DNA from: Cyanobacteria bacterium P01_F01_bin.150
GTDB taxonomy: Bacteria; Cyanobacteriota; Cyanobacteriia; CAKZMO01
DNA length: 64,000 nucleotides
Reading direction: 5' to 3'
Assembly (NCBI GenBank): GCA_039189765.1
Contig: JBCCYL010000021.1
Location: 1-64,000 of the forward strand
Below are positions 1 to 10,408 of this stretch, one piece after another; position 1 is the first letter of the stretch; each line of letters starts with the position of its first letter. The position numbers and the translations under genes were made by a program. The notes under the pieces are model-generated. The model did not search any database and was not told where the DNA came from. It was given only the letters and a program-made list of their open reading frames with translations.

Positions 1-78
1 GATGACTGGCAGCATCTGATGGACTTTATGCTAACGGATATTCCTCAACGGGCACCACGAGTCTCTAACACCTCTTAG
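1..78 (+). mobile_element. 3' end of a probable ISNCY-type transposase (partial, window edge)
   Basis: Frame 1 reads DDWQHLMDFMLTDIPQRAPRVSNTS*, resembling the 'FDSWxHLxDFM' C-terminus I recall for this family. A candidate terminal repeat ...TTTGGAATTGCTG ends at 138. Confidence 0.5.
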
Positions 79-138
79 CCCCATTCCATAGAAATATTGT
101 CTGTAGCTGATATTACTAATTTGAATTTGGAATTGCTG

Positions 139-270
139 TGTCGTAAGTTAGGGGTTTGCTTCTGGGGCTATCTACTCTCCAGGATACGCGGGGATTCAAG
201 TATTGAGTCGTTAGCTGAGCTGCTTAAACGAAAAGCGATGGAATCCCAACAGGTTGCTCAAGCAGCCTGA
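139..270 (+). pseudogene. C-terminal fragment of an IS66-family transposase
   Basis: Reads CRKLGVCFWGYLLSRIRGDSSIESLAELLKRKAMESQQVAQAA*, similar to the 'TCRKLGxSFWxYL' C-terminal motif of cyanobacterial IS66 transposases. It has no start and begins right after the upstream element's end. Confidence 0.55.
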
Positions 271-390
271 CTCATTGGGGTGACCTCATCCACGATTATG
301 GAGAATTTGCTTTGAAAATGTCAACCATTATTTATTGAGCAGTTGCAAATATTTCATAGTGACTGCACGCATCTATTGATTAGTCACTTC

Positions 391-3300
391 TTACTCTTGT
401 ATTGATGACATTTCGATCAAGCCTTCCAGATTACAAGAAGATAGGCAATTTTCCTTTACCGCTTCAACTTTAGCTGTATTATCCACAGGTAAGATGATTC
501 GGCTCTCAATTGCATGGAATAATGCTTGCCACTGTATCGAAGTTAAGTTGCCAGTAACTGCAATTTCGATGCTCTCTTCAAGATTAATATCTTTCATCAT
601 TAGATTCATCGCAATACCAGAAATCAAGAGATTTATGTCTTCAGCATCCATATCGCTATTTTCAATCAGTAGCATCACTTGATCACTTTGCGGATGTTGA
701 GAAAGGGTATAAATAACTCGCTGAATGGCCTCTCCATAGAGATCTTCGTCCACGCTCCAATCAGGAAAAATTAAATATGTTTTTGGTTTAAGTTCAAAGG
801 GCAGAGTAGCGATGAGTAAAGTATTTTGCACTATAGCGGCCATTGAGTCCCAAGAAAACCTTTTCGCCTGTTCTAGGCCCGCATTAATTAACGATTGCCG
901 TAAGGATGGCTTTTGAACCTCACATAAAGCATTAACCATTTCATCCACGCTGCTATCATCGACATACAGGGCAGCATCTCCAGCGACTTCAGGAATAGAT
1001 GCATTTGGACTAGTAATTACAGGACACCCACAGGCCATTGCTTCAACAATCGGCAAGCCAAATCCTTCATATTTAGACGGATAAACCATTGCAACAGCTC
1101 CTGAATAAGCCTTCCTGAGTTCTTCATCACTCAACTGTAGAGCATGCACTTGAGTCATAAATGCCATCTCTCGCAACACTGGATCGATCTCTGTCGTACC
1201 TGTACAAATTACTTCAAAGCCCAGCCTAGTAGCTAAGTTAGCAAAGGCCTCAAAGAATAGCTTAGGATTCTTGTAACTATGTACACCTCTACCAGCTCCA
1301 ACTAAGATATAGTAAGGTTTATTAATCCCATATTTAGCCTTAAAATAACGAATATCCTCTTCTGAAGAGGGACTAAAGTCATCGCTGACACCACAGAGTG
1401 CAACCTTAATTTGAGATGTATCAATGGCAGGATAGAATTGGGCTAAATCCTTGGCTGTACTTTGAGAAATAGAAAGATAATATGATGCTTGCTGAATAGC
1501 ATGATGCTTTTCTTGCCACATCGGCAAATTTAAATCCCAGCTCATGACTTCTGGAATCATATCGTATGCCATAAAGGCGGAAGGTGTTTTAAGAGGTGTG
1601 GTGTAATAAGTGGAGATAAATAGGGCTGCTCCTTCTTCCTGGCATACTGATTCCAATAATTGTCTATCAGCTTTAGTATTCTGGTATGAATATCCTGCGA
1701 TTGTACGGTATGGAATACCTTCAATGCGAGGTGCTGTTCCATTTCTATCTAAAACTAAGAGGTGAGAAGCAAACGATGTTGTGGCCCAAATTTCTAGGAG
1801 AGATTTCCAAACTCGTGCAATACCTGTCTGATATAGCTGAAAGAAGACACCATCAATTATAACTTTGATTCCAAACTCTCTACTTCTCTCTAAGCTAGAA
1901 GGAGGATTATTTGAGTTATTAAACTGATAAAAATTCAATGGTTTAGGGTTATTTTCCCATTCTGTTAGTAAGGAAAGTACTGCATTATTCACTTCCTGTG
2001 AATTACTGCAAGCTAAGGCTTGTTTGAGATGAGCAAGCGAACCAGTGAAATTATTTGCCTTCCACATACTATCTGCAAGATTTAGCCCGCAAAAAGCCAA
2101 GTTTTCTACAGCAACTTGCTGAACTTTATGAGAGAGATGAGCTGGCAGATAAGACTGAGCTACACTGATAGCACATCGAGCGTCTGAAACATTCTCCGCA
2201 GTCGCAATTAATCTAGATGATTCGGAATCATTATGTTTACGAAAGCAGGCCAAAGGTTCAGGCTCATACCAGACTGGATAATAAGTTGCGATTCTTTGCC
2301 ACATCTCCCAATCTGCAGCAGAACGAGCAGCTTGACAAAATCCCCCAATATTCTCGTATACCTCTCGCTTAACTAGAATTGAAGCAAATTGGATTCGTTG
2401 AGAAACTGCAATTCGTTCTAGCCAATTCTCAAGAACACCTGCATTTGCTCGTTCACAAGTAGATACGTGAATCTGATTATCTTGCCTGTCAATGTGAAAG
2501 TGCCGACAGAAAGCTGCTCCGATATCCGATGCTCTCTCAATTCCTGTCTTTAAATGACCATAAAACCCTGCAAGGATAATATCATCTTGGTGCAGTAAAT
2601 GAATCCATTTGCCTCTCGCTATTTTGAGACAATAGTTCCAATTATCAATTAATCCTATATTTTGAGGCTGCTGAAAGAAGTGAATCTTTCCATGACCAAC
2701 TTCATAAACGATGCTTTCAACATCAATCTCTGTTGAGGCATCATCAACAACCTCTATTTGAAGATGATTAAAGTCGATGCTGCTTTGCTGAGCTAGTAAA
2801 CTGTGTAAAGTTTTTCGAAATAAGTCTTCTACTGGATTAAATGTAGGAATCATTACTGACAGAAATGGCCTGTCAGATTCATCATTTATGAAGACTGAAT
2901 CAATTTTTGGAAAGATATCTGCATTATTTATAATGGCATTTGAATTCTGAAACCTTTGATGAATTTCACGATTACTTAAGTCTTTGTCATCTATTATATT
3001 TATATTTGATGAAGAAACAGATTGCTGAAGATGACGAAGTTGAAACCAATCCTGCAGGAAATGCTCTTGCTTGTTCTGTCTTTGACGTATGTCTTTGCCT
3101 ACGGCAGATGTAGCTACTGTTTTTACAACATCACTTTTTTCTGGGTTTTCGTGGATATTATCTGACTGCCATGAAATTTTCTCTAGCTCGGTTAAGATCT
3201 GTGTCGCTTCTATAAAATATGTTTTAAACAGATCAATATGATAATCTAACCGATTACCTCCTTTGAGGAGATTCTTTTCAAAAATATTTCGATTTGGCAG

Positions 3301-3915
3301 TAAAAAATTATACCCTAATTTTTTATTTATGGCTCCAATCCATCCATTTATATTGTTGACACAACGATCTACCCTAAACAGAAAACTTTGAGATGAAAAC
3401 TTTTTATAGCATGCTAATATTCTTTCATTATAGTGAATCCAGTAATCTACAGATCTTTTTGGATTTTCTAAGAAGATCCGATCTGTGCCCCTTCGATACA
3501 AAGAATCTACCACAGCCCATGGCTCTCGATAAACCATAACCAGGTTAGCGTTTGGGAAGAGCTCTAACCAAAAATCTAGAAATAAAACAGTTCTAGGGTC
3601 TTTCCAACCCCAAGGAGACACTGATGCATTTCTTGCCAGAATACCTTGCGCTTTCTGTCGGTCGGCATGGGAAACACAAATATTATTTTCTAATGTCCAT
3701 CCGTCAGGGTGAATTCCTTTCGACTGTAGTACAGATCTATGAAAGGTATAGAAATCTAAATTTTCAAAGTGTCCCTTCGCATTCCCAACACCTGAATGCA
3801 TTAGATTTTCTCCAATATTTAAACCTCCACTTTGAAGTAGAGAGGCAATTAGTGAAGTTCCAGACCGATGCATTCCAATAATAATTATTGGATTATGAGC
3901 TTGACTTAATTGCAT
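391..3915 (-). CDS. Multidomain sulfotransferase + GT2 + GT4 glycosyltransferase
   Basis: N-terminal PAPS motif GMHRSGTS and WGWKDPR; GT2 motifs [23 protein letters not shown]4 motif [19 protein letters not shown]; 1174 aa. Confidence 0.85.
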   Translation of the reverse strand: MQLSQAHNPIIIIGMHRSGTSLIASLLQSGGLNIGENLMHSGVGNAKGHFENLDFYTFHRSVLQSKGIHPDGWTLENNICVSHADRQKAQGILARNASVSPWGWKDPRTVLFLDFWLELFPNANLVMVYREPWAVVDSLYRRGTDRIFLENPKRSVDYWIHYNERILACYKKFSSQSFLFRVDRCVNNINGWIGAINKKLGYNFLLPNRNIFEKNLLKGGNRLDYHIDLFKTYFIEATQILTELEKISWQSDNIHENPEKSDVVKTVATSAVGKDIRQRQNKQEHFLQDWFQLRHLQQSVSSSNINIIDDKDLSNREIHQRFQNSNAIINNADIFPKIDSVFINDESDRPFLSVMIPTFNPVEDLFRKTLHSLLAQQSSIDFNHLQIEVVDDASTEIDVESIVYEVGHGKIHFFQQPQNIGLIDNWNYCLKIARGKWIHLLHQDDIILAGFYGHLKTGIERASDIGAAFCRHFHIDRQDNQIHVSTCERANAGVLENWLERIAVSQRIQFASILVKREVYENIGGFCQAARSAADWEMWQRIATYYPVWYEPEPLACFRKHNDSESSRLIATAENVSDARCAISVAQSYLPAHLSHKVQQVAVENLAFCGLNLADSMWKANNFTGSLAHLKQALACSNSQEVNNAVLSLLTEWENNPKPLNFYQFNNSNNPPSSLERSREFGIKVIIDGVFFQLYQTGIARVWKSLLEIWATTSFASHLLVLDRNGTAPRIEGIPYRTIAGYSYQNTKADRQLLESVCQEEGAALFISTYYTTPLKTPSAFMAYDMIPEVMSWDLNLPMWQEKHHAIQQASYYLSISQSTAKDLAQFYPAIDTSQIKVALCGVSDDFSPSSEEDIRYFKAKYGINKPYYILVGAGRGVHSYKNPKLFFEAFANLATRLGFEVICTGTTEIDPVLREMAFMTQVHALQLSDEELRKAYSGAVAMVYPSKYEGFGLPIVEAMACGCPVITSPNASIPEVAGDAALYVDDSSVDEMVNALCEVQKPSLRQSLINAGLEQAKRFSWDSMAAIVQNTLLIATLPFELKPKTYLIFPDWSVDEDLYGEAIQRVIYTLSQHPQSDQVMLLIENSDMDAEDINLLISGIAMNLMMKDINLEESIEIAVTGNLTSIQWQALFHAIESRIILPVDNTAKVEAVKENCLSSCNLEGLIEMSSIQE

Positions 3916-4134
3916 ATAGCCTCCTAATTATTAATTTTAATTTCTTTGAAAGATAGAAGTTATCAGGCCATAGAAATAAGACGTAGAAGTAAATTTAGAA
4001 AAAATTATCCCATATAATGGAGCTGGCTATAAACTATATTTTCTACGAATATATATCAATGAATAGCATGGCTCAATATTATTGAATATTTAGCAGAAAC
4101 ATAATAATACTATATTTACTAAAAAACAAGGATT

Positions 4135-4158
4135 TAAAATATCAGTACTGATATTTTA
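4135..4158. repeat. Perfect 24-bp palindrome TAAAATATCAGT|ACTGATATTTTA
   Basis: Read directly from the sequence. Confidence 0.85.
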
Positions 4159-4160
4159 TG

Positions 4161-4211
4161 ATTATGCTTCATGCGTTTTTGTCGTAATTATAAAAACGCA
4201 TGAAGCATAAT
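4161..4211. repeat. Perfect 20-bp inverted repeat with 11-nt loop (possible terminator or protein-binding site)
   Basis: ATTATGCTTCATGCGTTTTT ... AAAAACGCATGAAGCATAAT. Confidence 0.85.
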
Positions 4212-4435
4212 TTCTGGTCAAAGGGGATTGGATGGCTGATAGCTATATGAACCTAGGCTATAAAATCAAAACTACTTGTGCAAAGAGCATCAAGAGTTTT
4301 TTGTACCACTAAGCAAGTGAAATAGATTTTTAATAAAATAACTGAATATCTGCTGCATGTAGAGATAATATATCCTAAATATATTGAAATTAATATTCAG
4401 AGTATATGGAGATAAGGTAGAAATTTGCTGATTAT

Positions 4436-5166
4436 CTAACTAACCCAATCTTTGCAGTCCCAGTTTAAATTGCGTTCCAAACTATTTATCTCATATTCAA
4501 ACGTGAAATTTAAAAAATCCCGTTCTTTTTTACTCGTTTTTTATGAATATAGAATAAGAATAAATATTCTTTGATATGACTGTCTGAAATGTTTTGATTC
4601 CCAAAAACTTACGTATCTCTTTGAGCATATTCCTGGGCTTTTTCTGCAAGTATTCCATTGCCAAAACCTATTCCTGTGTAGAAAAGGTCTAAATCCTGCG
4701 TAATTGTTCTAAGTAGAATCCTCGATCAATATATGAATAGATTCTGTGCTGCTGCAGCAATAATTCTTGGCATCTCTTTTGCTCATTTCTTATTGCATCC
4801 CAAAATGAGAAATCATCGGCATTATGCTCTTTCAATAGGATTTCTTAACAAGATAATTAACTTTATTTTAGGACTATATTCCCAAATCCGCTTCGGAGCA
4901 TCGTACCAATACATATAGATAGGAGTAGCCTCGCCTAGTAATTTATGAGATTCTTTTATCCTGAACCAAAAATGATAGCTGATGTAATCTGAATTTCTAT
5001 CAGAGAAGTAAATCTAATTGTCAAAAAAATGAGCTTCCTTTCTTTTTGACATGCATAATTACGGATGTTCTCTTAAGTAGGAATATAGAGCAGAAGTTCT
5101 TCCTTTCTGCGTCCCACATATTATAAAGTTAACCAACTGATTAGAGTCAAGATTTACTTTATTCAT
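4436..5166 (-). pseudogene. Sulfotransferase pseudogene (Sulfotransfer_1 type), absent from the ORF track
   Basis: Manual translation: MNKVNLDSNQLVNFIICGTQKGRTSALYSYLREHP*LCMSKKKEAHFFDN*...GEATPIYMYW...LLRNPIERA* then a frameshift, ...FWDAIRNE...YIDRGFYLEQLRRI*...LNWDCKDWVS*. Several in-frame stops and at least two frameshifts. Confidence 0.8.
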
Positions 5167-5526
5167 TGCTACAACATCTACAATAGTCTATATTACTTTA
5201 GTGAGATAATAAATAATATTTCTAAAATGATAATCTATGGTCCAATCAATCGGTTAGAAAATAAACTTGTTTGGAATGGATATTAGCTTTACTCAAGTTT
5301 AGATTGCCCTTTTGTTTCCGAAAAACGATCAGCTTTTACAAGCTCAATAAGCTGATAAGTTTAACGTTTTGGTTGCATAAGCCCACATTGCAGCCAATAA
5401 ACTAAATTACTGCACTCTGCTCCTCAAGTCGCGAATGGAATGTCTGCTAAGGGTGCTAGTTTATCTGGCCGATTGGGGTATGAATTAGCCTGTAGAACTA
5501 CTATACATTGCAATAGGGATGTGATT

Positions 5527-6312
5527 ATGAAACATTTACACTCAACTCTCTTCTCTATCGTGATTGCCTTCTTCTCCTCCTGTGCGATCGCCCTTCTCCA
5601 ACAACCTCGCCTCCAAAAACTTACGGAATCTTCTGCTGTTGTATCGCAAGATGCTCTAGATCAGCAGATGGAACAAGAAAATTTACGTTTGGCTCTGTGG
5701 GAGCAAACACCTGCTCTGGGGTTTGATAACCTGATGGCGGACTGGGCATTTCTAAGTTTTCTTCAGTATTTTGGGGATGATGAAGCACGTGCAAAAACAA
5801 GCTACACCCTAAGTCCAGAGTACTTTGAAGTGATTTTGGATAAAGATCCTTATTTCTGGGATGCCTATCTGTTTTTACCGGGTAGTACCACCATGTATGC
5901 GGCTCAACCCGATCGCACCATTGAAATTATGGAAAAGCATCTGCCGAAGCTATCGCCCAAGGTGCCCGATCGTGCCTACTTTATTTGGAGATGGAAAGCA
6001 ACGGATGAACTATTGTTTCTGTCTGATCCTGATGCGGCCATTGATTCCTATCAAACGGCTGCTGATTGGGCATCAGAGTACGATACGAAAGAAGGGCAGC
6101 TGATCGCCCAAATTTCTCAACGATCGGCAGAATTTTTGAAGGATAATCCGGCCAATAGAGGCGTTCAGGTGTCTGCTTGGATGAGCGTGTACGAGAATGC
6201 GTTTGATGATGCGACACGACAGTTGGCGATTGCCAATATTCGGAAATTAGGGGGTGACGTGATTTTTGATGAGGATGGGAATGTGGTGGAAGTGAGAACG
6301 CCGCAGGAGTAG
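5527..6312 (+). CDS. Conserved cyanobacterial membrane-anchored helical (TPR-like) protein
   Basis: N-terminal hydrophobic segment and motif GFDNLMADWAFLSFLQYFGD. ATG 5527 preferred over 5440. I recall the family near type IV pilin loci (unverified). Confidence 0.7.
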   Translation: MKHLHSTLFSIVIAFFSSCAIALLQQPRLQKLTESSAVVSQDALDQQMEQENLRLALWEQTPALGFDNLMADWAFLSFLQYFGDDEARAKTSYTLSPEYFEVILDKDPYFWDAYLFLPGSTTMYAAQPDRTIEIMEKHLPKLSPKVPDRAYFIWRWKATDELLFLSDPDAAIDSYQTAADWASEYDTKEGQLIAQISQRSAEFLKDNPANRGVQVSAWMSVYENAFDDATRQLAIANIRKLGGDVIFDEDGNVVEVRTPQE

Positions 6313-6369
6313 GGTTGGGGATTTGGGGAGTTACGGGGTTTTGAATTCTGCCTTCTGCCTTCTGCCTTT
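6312..6369 (-). repeat. STRR-type compound repeat: (AAGGCAG)3 followed by degenerate CCAACTCC units
   Basis: TTCTGCCTTCTGCCTTCTGCCTTT at 6346-6369 and GGGTTGGGGATTTGGGGAGTT at 6312-6332. Confidence 0.75.
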
Positions 6370-6380
6370 AGTTAGGTGTT

Positions 6381-7028
6381 TTAGGCGGATAGGGTTTTGG
6401 GCCATTGTTGGGTAATGTGGCCAAATTTGCGAAGAGTTTGGACTACGGAATAGAGTTCGTTTTCGGTGCGGTTAAGGGATAGCTCGGGAGAGGTTGCGTA
6501 GGATGGAGAGGGCTGGTGGGATACTTTTAGAAATGTAAAGTGGGTACCGTTAGTGACGAGGCCAAATGTGGGATACGCATGATTTGGAGATGCCATCATG
6601 TAGGTTAAGGCTTGGGGGATGGCTTCAATTAGGCTAAATCGTCTGTTTTTTGATTCGATAACAACAATCCAGAACTGTTGCTTGGTCAACAGCAAATCAA
6701 TCCGGCCTCGAATTACGGAGCCATCGTCATCAATGGTAAATGAGACTTCCGCTTCCGCTTTTGGATAGAAAGGAGCCTGAAAAAAGCCCGCAATGGATAA
6801 CAACGGCCCTACCATTGCCATTTTCACTAGTTCTTCGTGGAGAGAGTATCGCTCCAAAGAAAGAAAATCTGCTTTAAGCTTGTCTAACCACTGCGCCTCT
6901 GTGGTAGAAATTGGCAGCAGCTCATCTTGCCATTCAGTGAAAAATGAAGGTTCGTTAGCTCTCTGCAAGCCAAATTGTTGCTCAACTTCAGCCAGAGTTA
7001 GTTCATTGATAACGGTTTTCTGGGTCAT
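6381..7028 (-). CDS. Type I restriction HsdR N-terminal-like PD-(D/E)xK nuclease-fold protein
   Basis: GRIDLLL...VVIESK, QALTYM, GLVTNG motifs; 215 aa, stand-alone. Confidence 0.75.
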   Translation of the reverse strand: MTQKTVINELTLAEVEQQFGLQRANEPSFFTEWQDELLPISTTEAQWLDKLKADFLSLERYSLHEELVKMAMVGPLLSIAGFFQAPFYPKAEAEVSFTIDDDGSVIRGRIDLLLTKQQFWIVVIESKNRRFSLIEAIPQALTYMMASPNHAYPTFGLVTNGTHFTFLKVSHQPSPSYATSPELSLNRTENELYSVVQTLRKFGHITQQWPKTLSA

Positions 7029-7071
7029 AGTTTTATGGTCCGCATGCTAAGTGATTCGCCATAGGTTTACG

Positions 7072-7476
7072 CTAGGCGATCGCATACCCCGTATGGGGGC
7101 GAATATGCCTAGGCTGAAACGCTAGCACAATACAAGCTTTGGGCACGCCTGATTCGACTAACTCATCTGTAATCCCGTCTTCGATACCATCATAGTGAAC
7201 CCATATTTTGCCATTACGAATTTCGGCATGAACAACTGTCCCATGCACCCGCCGATGTCCGTCCCAGCCCTCATTCACCAGCATAAAATGGTTACGGTCT
7301 TGACTAATAATAAGCAGATTATTGATCTCGCCGTAACAATAGGGTAAATCTGTATAGTACTGAAGAATTTTTTCGAGGGTTGTACGCCATTGATTCAGCA
7401 ATTCTTCTGTCGGTAGAGAAGGCGAGGATGGGGTCTTGTCACCAAGATCTTTTAGGGATTGATGGGGGGATGCCAT
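7072..7476 (-). CDS. xisI: XisI family protein
   Basis: EGWDGHRRVHG...KIWVHYDGIEDGITDELVESGVPK..IVLAF; overlaps the xisH stop. Confidence 0.85.
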   Translation of the reverse strand: MASPHQSLKDLGDKTPSSPSLPTEELLNQWRTTLEKILQYYTDLPYCYGEINNLLIISQDRNHFMLVNEGWDGHRRVHGTVVHAEIRNGKIWVHYDGIEDGITDELVESGVPKACIVLAFQPRHIRPHTGYAIA

Positions 7477-7880
7477 TGGGTAATCTCCTCTAATTTTTCA
7501 TCAAAAATAATGATTCGAAATCCAGGCTCAGTCAATAACAATTGGCCAGCCTCTTCCTCAAACAAGGTCTCAAAAATCGTCTCGCTCACTGCAAGGTAGA
7601 GACTGCGTTCGGGGTTGCGTTTTCTCAAAACCTTTGCGTACAAAAAAAATTGTCCCCATGCCTTTTCCAATTCGCTCATGGGAGACGGACCAGCAAAGGT
7701 TTTAATCTCCACCGCAATTTTGTCTGGACCACGTTCCGCTGCCAACAGTTTTTGGGCACCTAGAGCCACAAGTGCATTGCGTCGTCCTATTTTAAGCACA
7801 AGGGGGTCGTGGGTAATCGTCCACTTATCTCGCAGCAGCGCACGTTTAAAACTTTCATGTAGAAGGTCTTTAGCGGCCAT
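7452..7880 (-). CDS. xisH: XisH family protein
   Basis: MAAKDLLHE..ALLRDKWTITHDPL...KIAVEIKTF...GQF..Y....PER.LYLAV. Confidence 0.85.
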   Translation of the reverse strand: MAAKDLLHESFKRALLRDKWTITHDPLVLKIGRRNALVALGAQKLLAAERGPDKIAVEIKTFAGPSPMSELEKAWGQFFLYAKVLRKRNPERSLYLAVSETIFETLFEEEAGQLLLTEPGFRIIIFDEKLEEITQWHPPINP

Positions 7881-7979
7881 AAAGAAAGTAAGTTGATTGG
7901 AACCCAGTACAAATCAATTAGATTATAGTACAGTGGGCGTGGGGCGATCGCTCTCAGTGACAGGTTTTGGACAGTTCGC

Positions 7980-8075
7980 GGAGCCAGAGCCTCCTAGTTT
8001 GGTACCCAGACTCCGGCTGGGGGCCAAAGAAAACTACTACCTGGTGCGTTACGGCTGTCGCCTAACACACCCTAC
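7980..8075. repeat. Two adjacent cyanobacterial REP/SDR-like small palindromic repeats
   Basis: GGAGCCAGAGCCTCC...CCCAGACTCCGGCTGGG at ~7980-8021 and GGTGCGTTACGGCTGTCGCCTAACACACCCTAC at 8043-8075. Confidence 0.5.
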
Positions 8076-8088
8076 GCAAACTAACTCC

Positions 8089-9003
8089 TCAACTCCTCCA
8101 GAGGCTAAAATCCAAAATCTGCCTTGCTGTTTCTTCCGGCTGTTCTAAGTGGGGAACATGACCACAGCGATCGCACCATACAAATTTGCTATCAGCGATC
8201 GCTTGTCCAAAAGTCTCTGCATCCTTGGTGCCTAAAATTTCATCATTACGGCCCCACAAAATTAGGGTGGGACAGGAAATTTTCTCAACTAGGTTTCTAG
8301 AGAAGAACGTATAGCCTCCACTGCGGGTAAATGAAATTAGCGATCGCCGCCAGTTGGGATCGCCAACATGGAGCATCGAGCAAGCCAGCGCATCAAGGGA
8401 TGCCAGGGATTTATCAAAGTAGGCCGCACGGCTAATGCTTTGGCGGACGCGACGATTGCGTAGAAATTCAGCCGCTATCCAGCCCAGAGGCGGCACCATA
8501 AATTTTCCCATGTCAGGAGTCTGGGTCATCCCTGCACTGTCTAACAGCACGAGCTTGGATACCGCTTCGGGATAGGTCAGGCAAAAATCTATCGCGGCTG
8601 TTCCCCCCATGGAAGCGCCCACCAAAATGACCGGGTGATCGATGAAAGTCTGCCAAGCGTTATATAGATGCTGTTTAATATTGGTGGCGTTAAACTCTAT
8701 TCCTTGGGGGCGATCGGTTAGCCCAAAGCCCAAGAGATCAATAGCCCAGGTTTCATGATGGGGTGCAAGCAAAGGAAACAGGCGACGAAATTCGATCAGA
8801 GAGCTATCAAAACCGTGAATTAGCAGAATCGGCATGTTTTCGCTTTTAGCTTGAGTATTTCTCCCACTTTGTATGTAGGTGGTCGTAATTGCTTTTGGCA
8901 GTAGGCTAGTCTGGATAGCTTTTGCTTGAATTTGGTCAACGAGACTGATAGATGCCGATTCAGTTAGTGTTTTAGCAAGGGATTGGGCAAAGGTGGGTAG
9001 CAT
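8089..9003 (-). CDS. Alpha/beta fold hydrolase
   Basis: LIHGFDSS, DLLGFG, nucleophile elbow GASMGG, C-terminal GHVPHLE. Confidence 0.85.
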   Translation of the reverse strand: MLPTFAQSLAKTLTESASISLVDQIQAKAIQTSLLPKAITTTYIQSGRNTQAKSENMPILLIHGFDSSLIEFRRLFPLLAPHHETWAIDLLGFGLTDRPQGIEFNATNIKQHLYNAWQTFIDHPVILVGASMGGTAAIDFCLTYPEAVSKLVLLDSAGMTQTPDMGKFMVPPLGWIAAEFLRNRRVRQSISRAAYFDKSLASLDALACSMLHVGDPNWRRSLISFTRSGGYTFFSRNLVEKISCPTLILWGRNDEILGTKDAETFGQAIADSKFVWCDRCGHVPHLEQPEETARQILDFSLWRS

Positions 9004-9061
9004 ATTCTCTTAGTAGCCAGGCTTACTCTAACTAAATATTTTCTTAATATCTACCTGTAGC

Positions 9062-10377
9062 CTAGCAGGGATCGGCGGGTGTACGCTGGGACTGTTTGGC
9101 AACGCTATGCCAAATTAGCCCTACTCCAATCAGCCCAAAGCCGATTAGCCACACCTGCCATTCAATCCAAAAGGCCAGGAAGAAACCGCTACTTAAACTG
9201 ACCCATGTTACCCAGCGGGGATACAGGCGTTCTTCTTCCGATAGCTGGAGCGCCGCTAAACTGACAATAACGCTGCGATAGAGTCCCCCAAAGGCTGCAA
9301 AGGACCAGGTGGTTTTAACGGCCCCAGTTAGAACAAGGAGGGCGATTGCGATCGCCACCCCCACAATGGCCCAGATAGGCGTCGCGTCTTTTTCCGTAAG
9401 CTGGGCGATAATCTTGGGCATATCCCCCCGGCGACCCATTGCCAATAGCATTCGAGACAGGCCAAGAATAACGCTGAGCAAAACGCTGAGGGTCGCGGTA
9501 ATCGCCCCCATCGATAGAAGGCCAGACCCGCCCACAATGCCAAATTTTTCCACCACCACCTGTAGGGGAGCGGCTTGCTCGGTGGCGGCACGACCAAAGG
9601 CCGTTGCGCCAAGACAGCCAAGGCCGACCACCGCAACGGCAACGTAGAGAATCACCGTTGTCCCTAAGGTTGTAAAAATAGCTCTGGGAATATTTTGCTC
9701 GGGATTAGTCACCTCTTCCCCCAGCATAGATATACGGGCCGCGCCGTTATAGGCAACAAACAGCAGGGCAACGGATTCCAGGAAATGCTGAACCTGGGTA
9801 AACGGATTGGCCTCAATAAAGGTTAGGGGCTGAAATCCAGTTTTTGGAAGCGTTACCATTCCACCGATAATCAGAAAAAGAAGGGAAGAGATGGTAACGG
9901 ATACGGTGAGTAGAGCCACCACCTTGGAGCGAGTCATGCCGCCTAGGATAATGAAGGTGAGCAGAAACACTGCACTTTCGGCCACCAGCACCAGTAGCGT
10001 ATGGTCTTGGTTCAGCCCCAGAGTATTTAATACATATCCGGCAAAGCCAAGGGCCGCGGTTGCAGCTACGGCAATCTTGCCTAAAAGGTAAATCCAGCCT
10101 CCCGTAAATCCAAGCCAGGGCGTTAGGTAGCGATAGCCATATTCGTAAATTCCGCCACTGACGGGATGATTAACCGCAAGCTGGGCCAAATTAAGGCTAT
10201 TACACCCAGATAGCACTCCAGCCAGCACAAGTGCGCCAATTACCGCTGCCCCAGTCAGCCCTGCGGCAATGCCTACACTAACAAAGATGCCCACACCGAT
10301 AACAGAGGCAAGACCAAGAATAGTGGCACTAAACCAGCCCAAGTCACGCTTTAAGACTTTTTTTTTTCTTCACCCAT
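9062..10377 (-). CDS. APC-family amino acid permease; the natural start is out of frame across an A10 tract
   Basis: Many hydrophobic segments, (LKRDL)GWFSATILGLASVIGVGIF, EEVTNPEQNIPRAI. ATG 10377 has an upstream GGAGG but is out of frame with the main ORF, which has only a TTG at 10342. Confidence 0.8.
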
Positions 10378-10408
10378 GCTGATTCTGGCCTCCCACGCTG
10401 CGTTGCCT

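Noticed and set aside
7897..8148. 83-aa ORF
   Set aside because: It is a translation of REP/STRR-like repeats and overlaps the hydrolase on the opposite strand.
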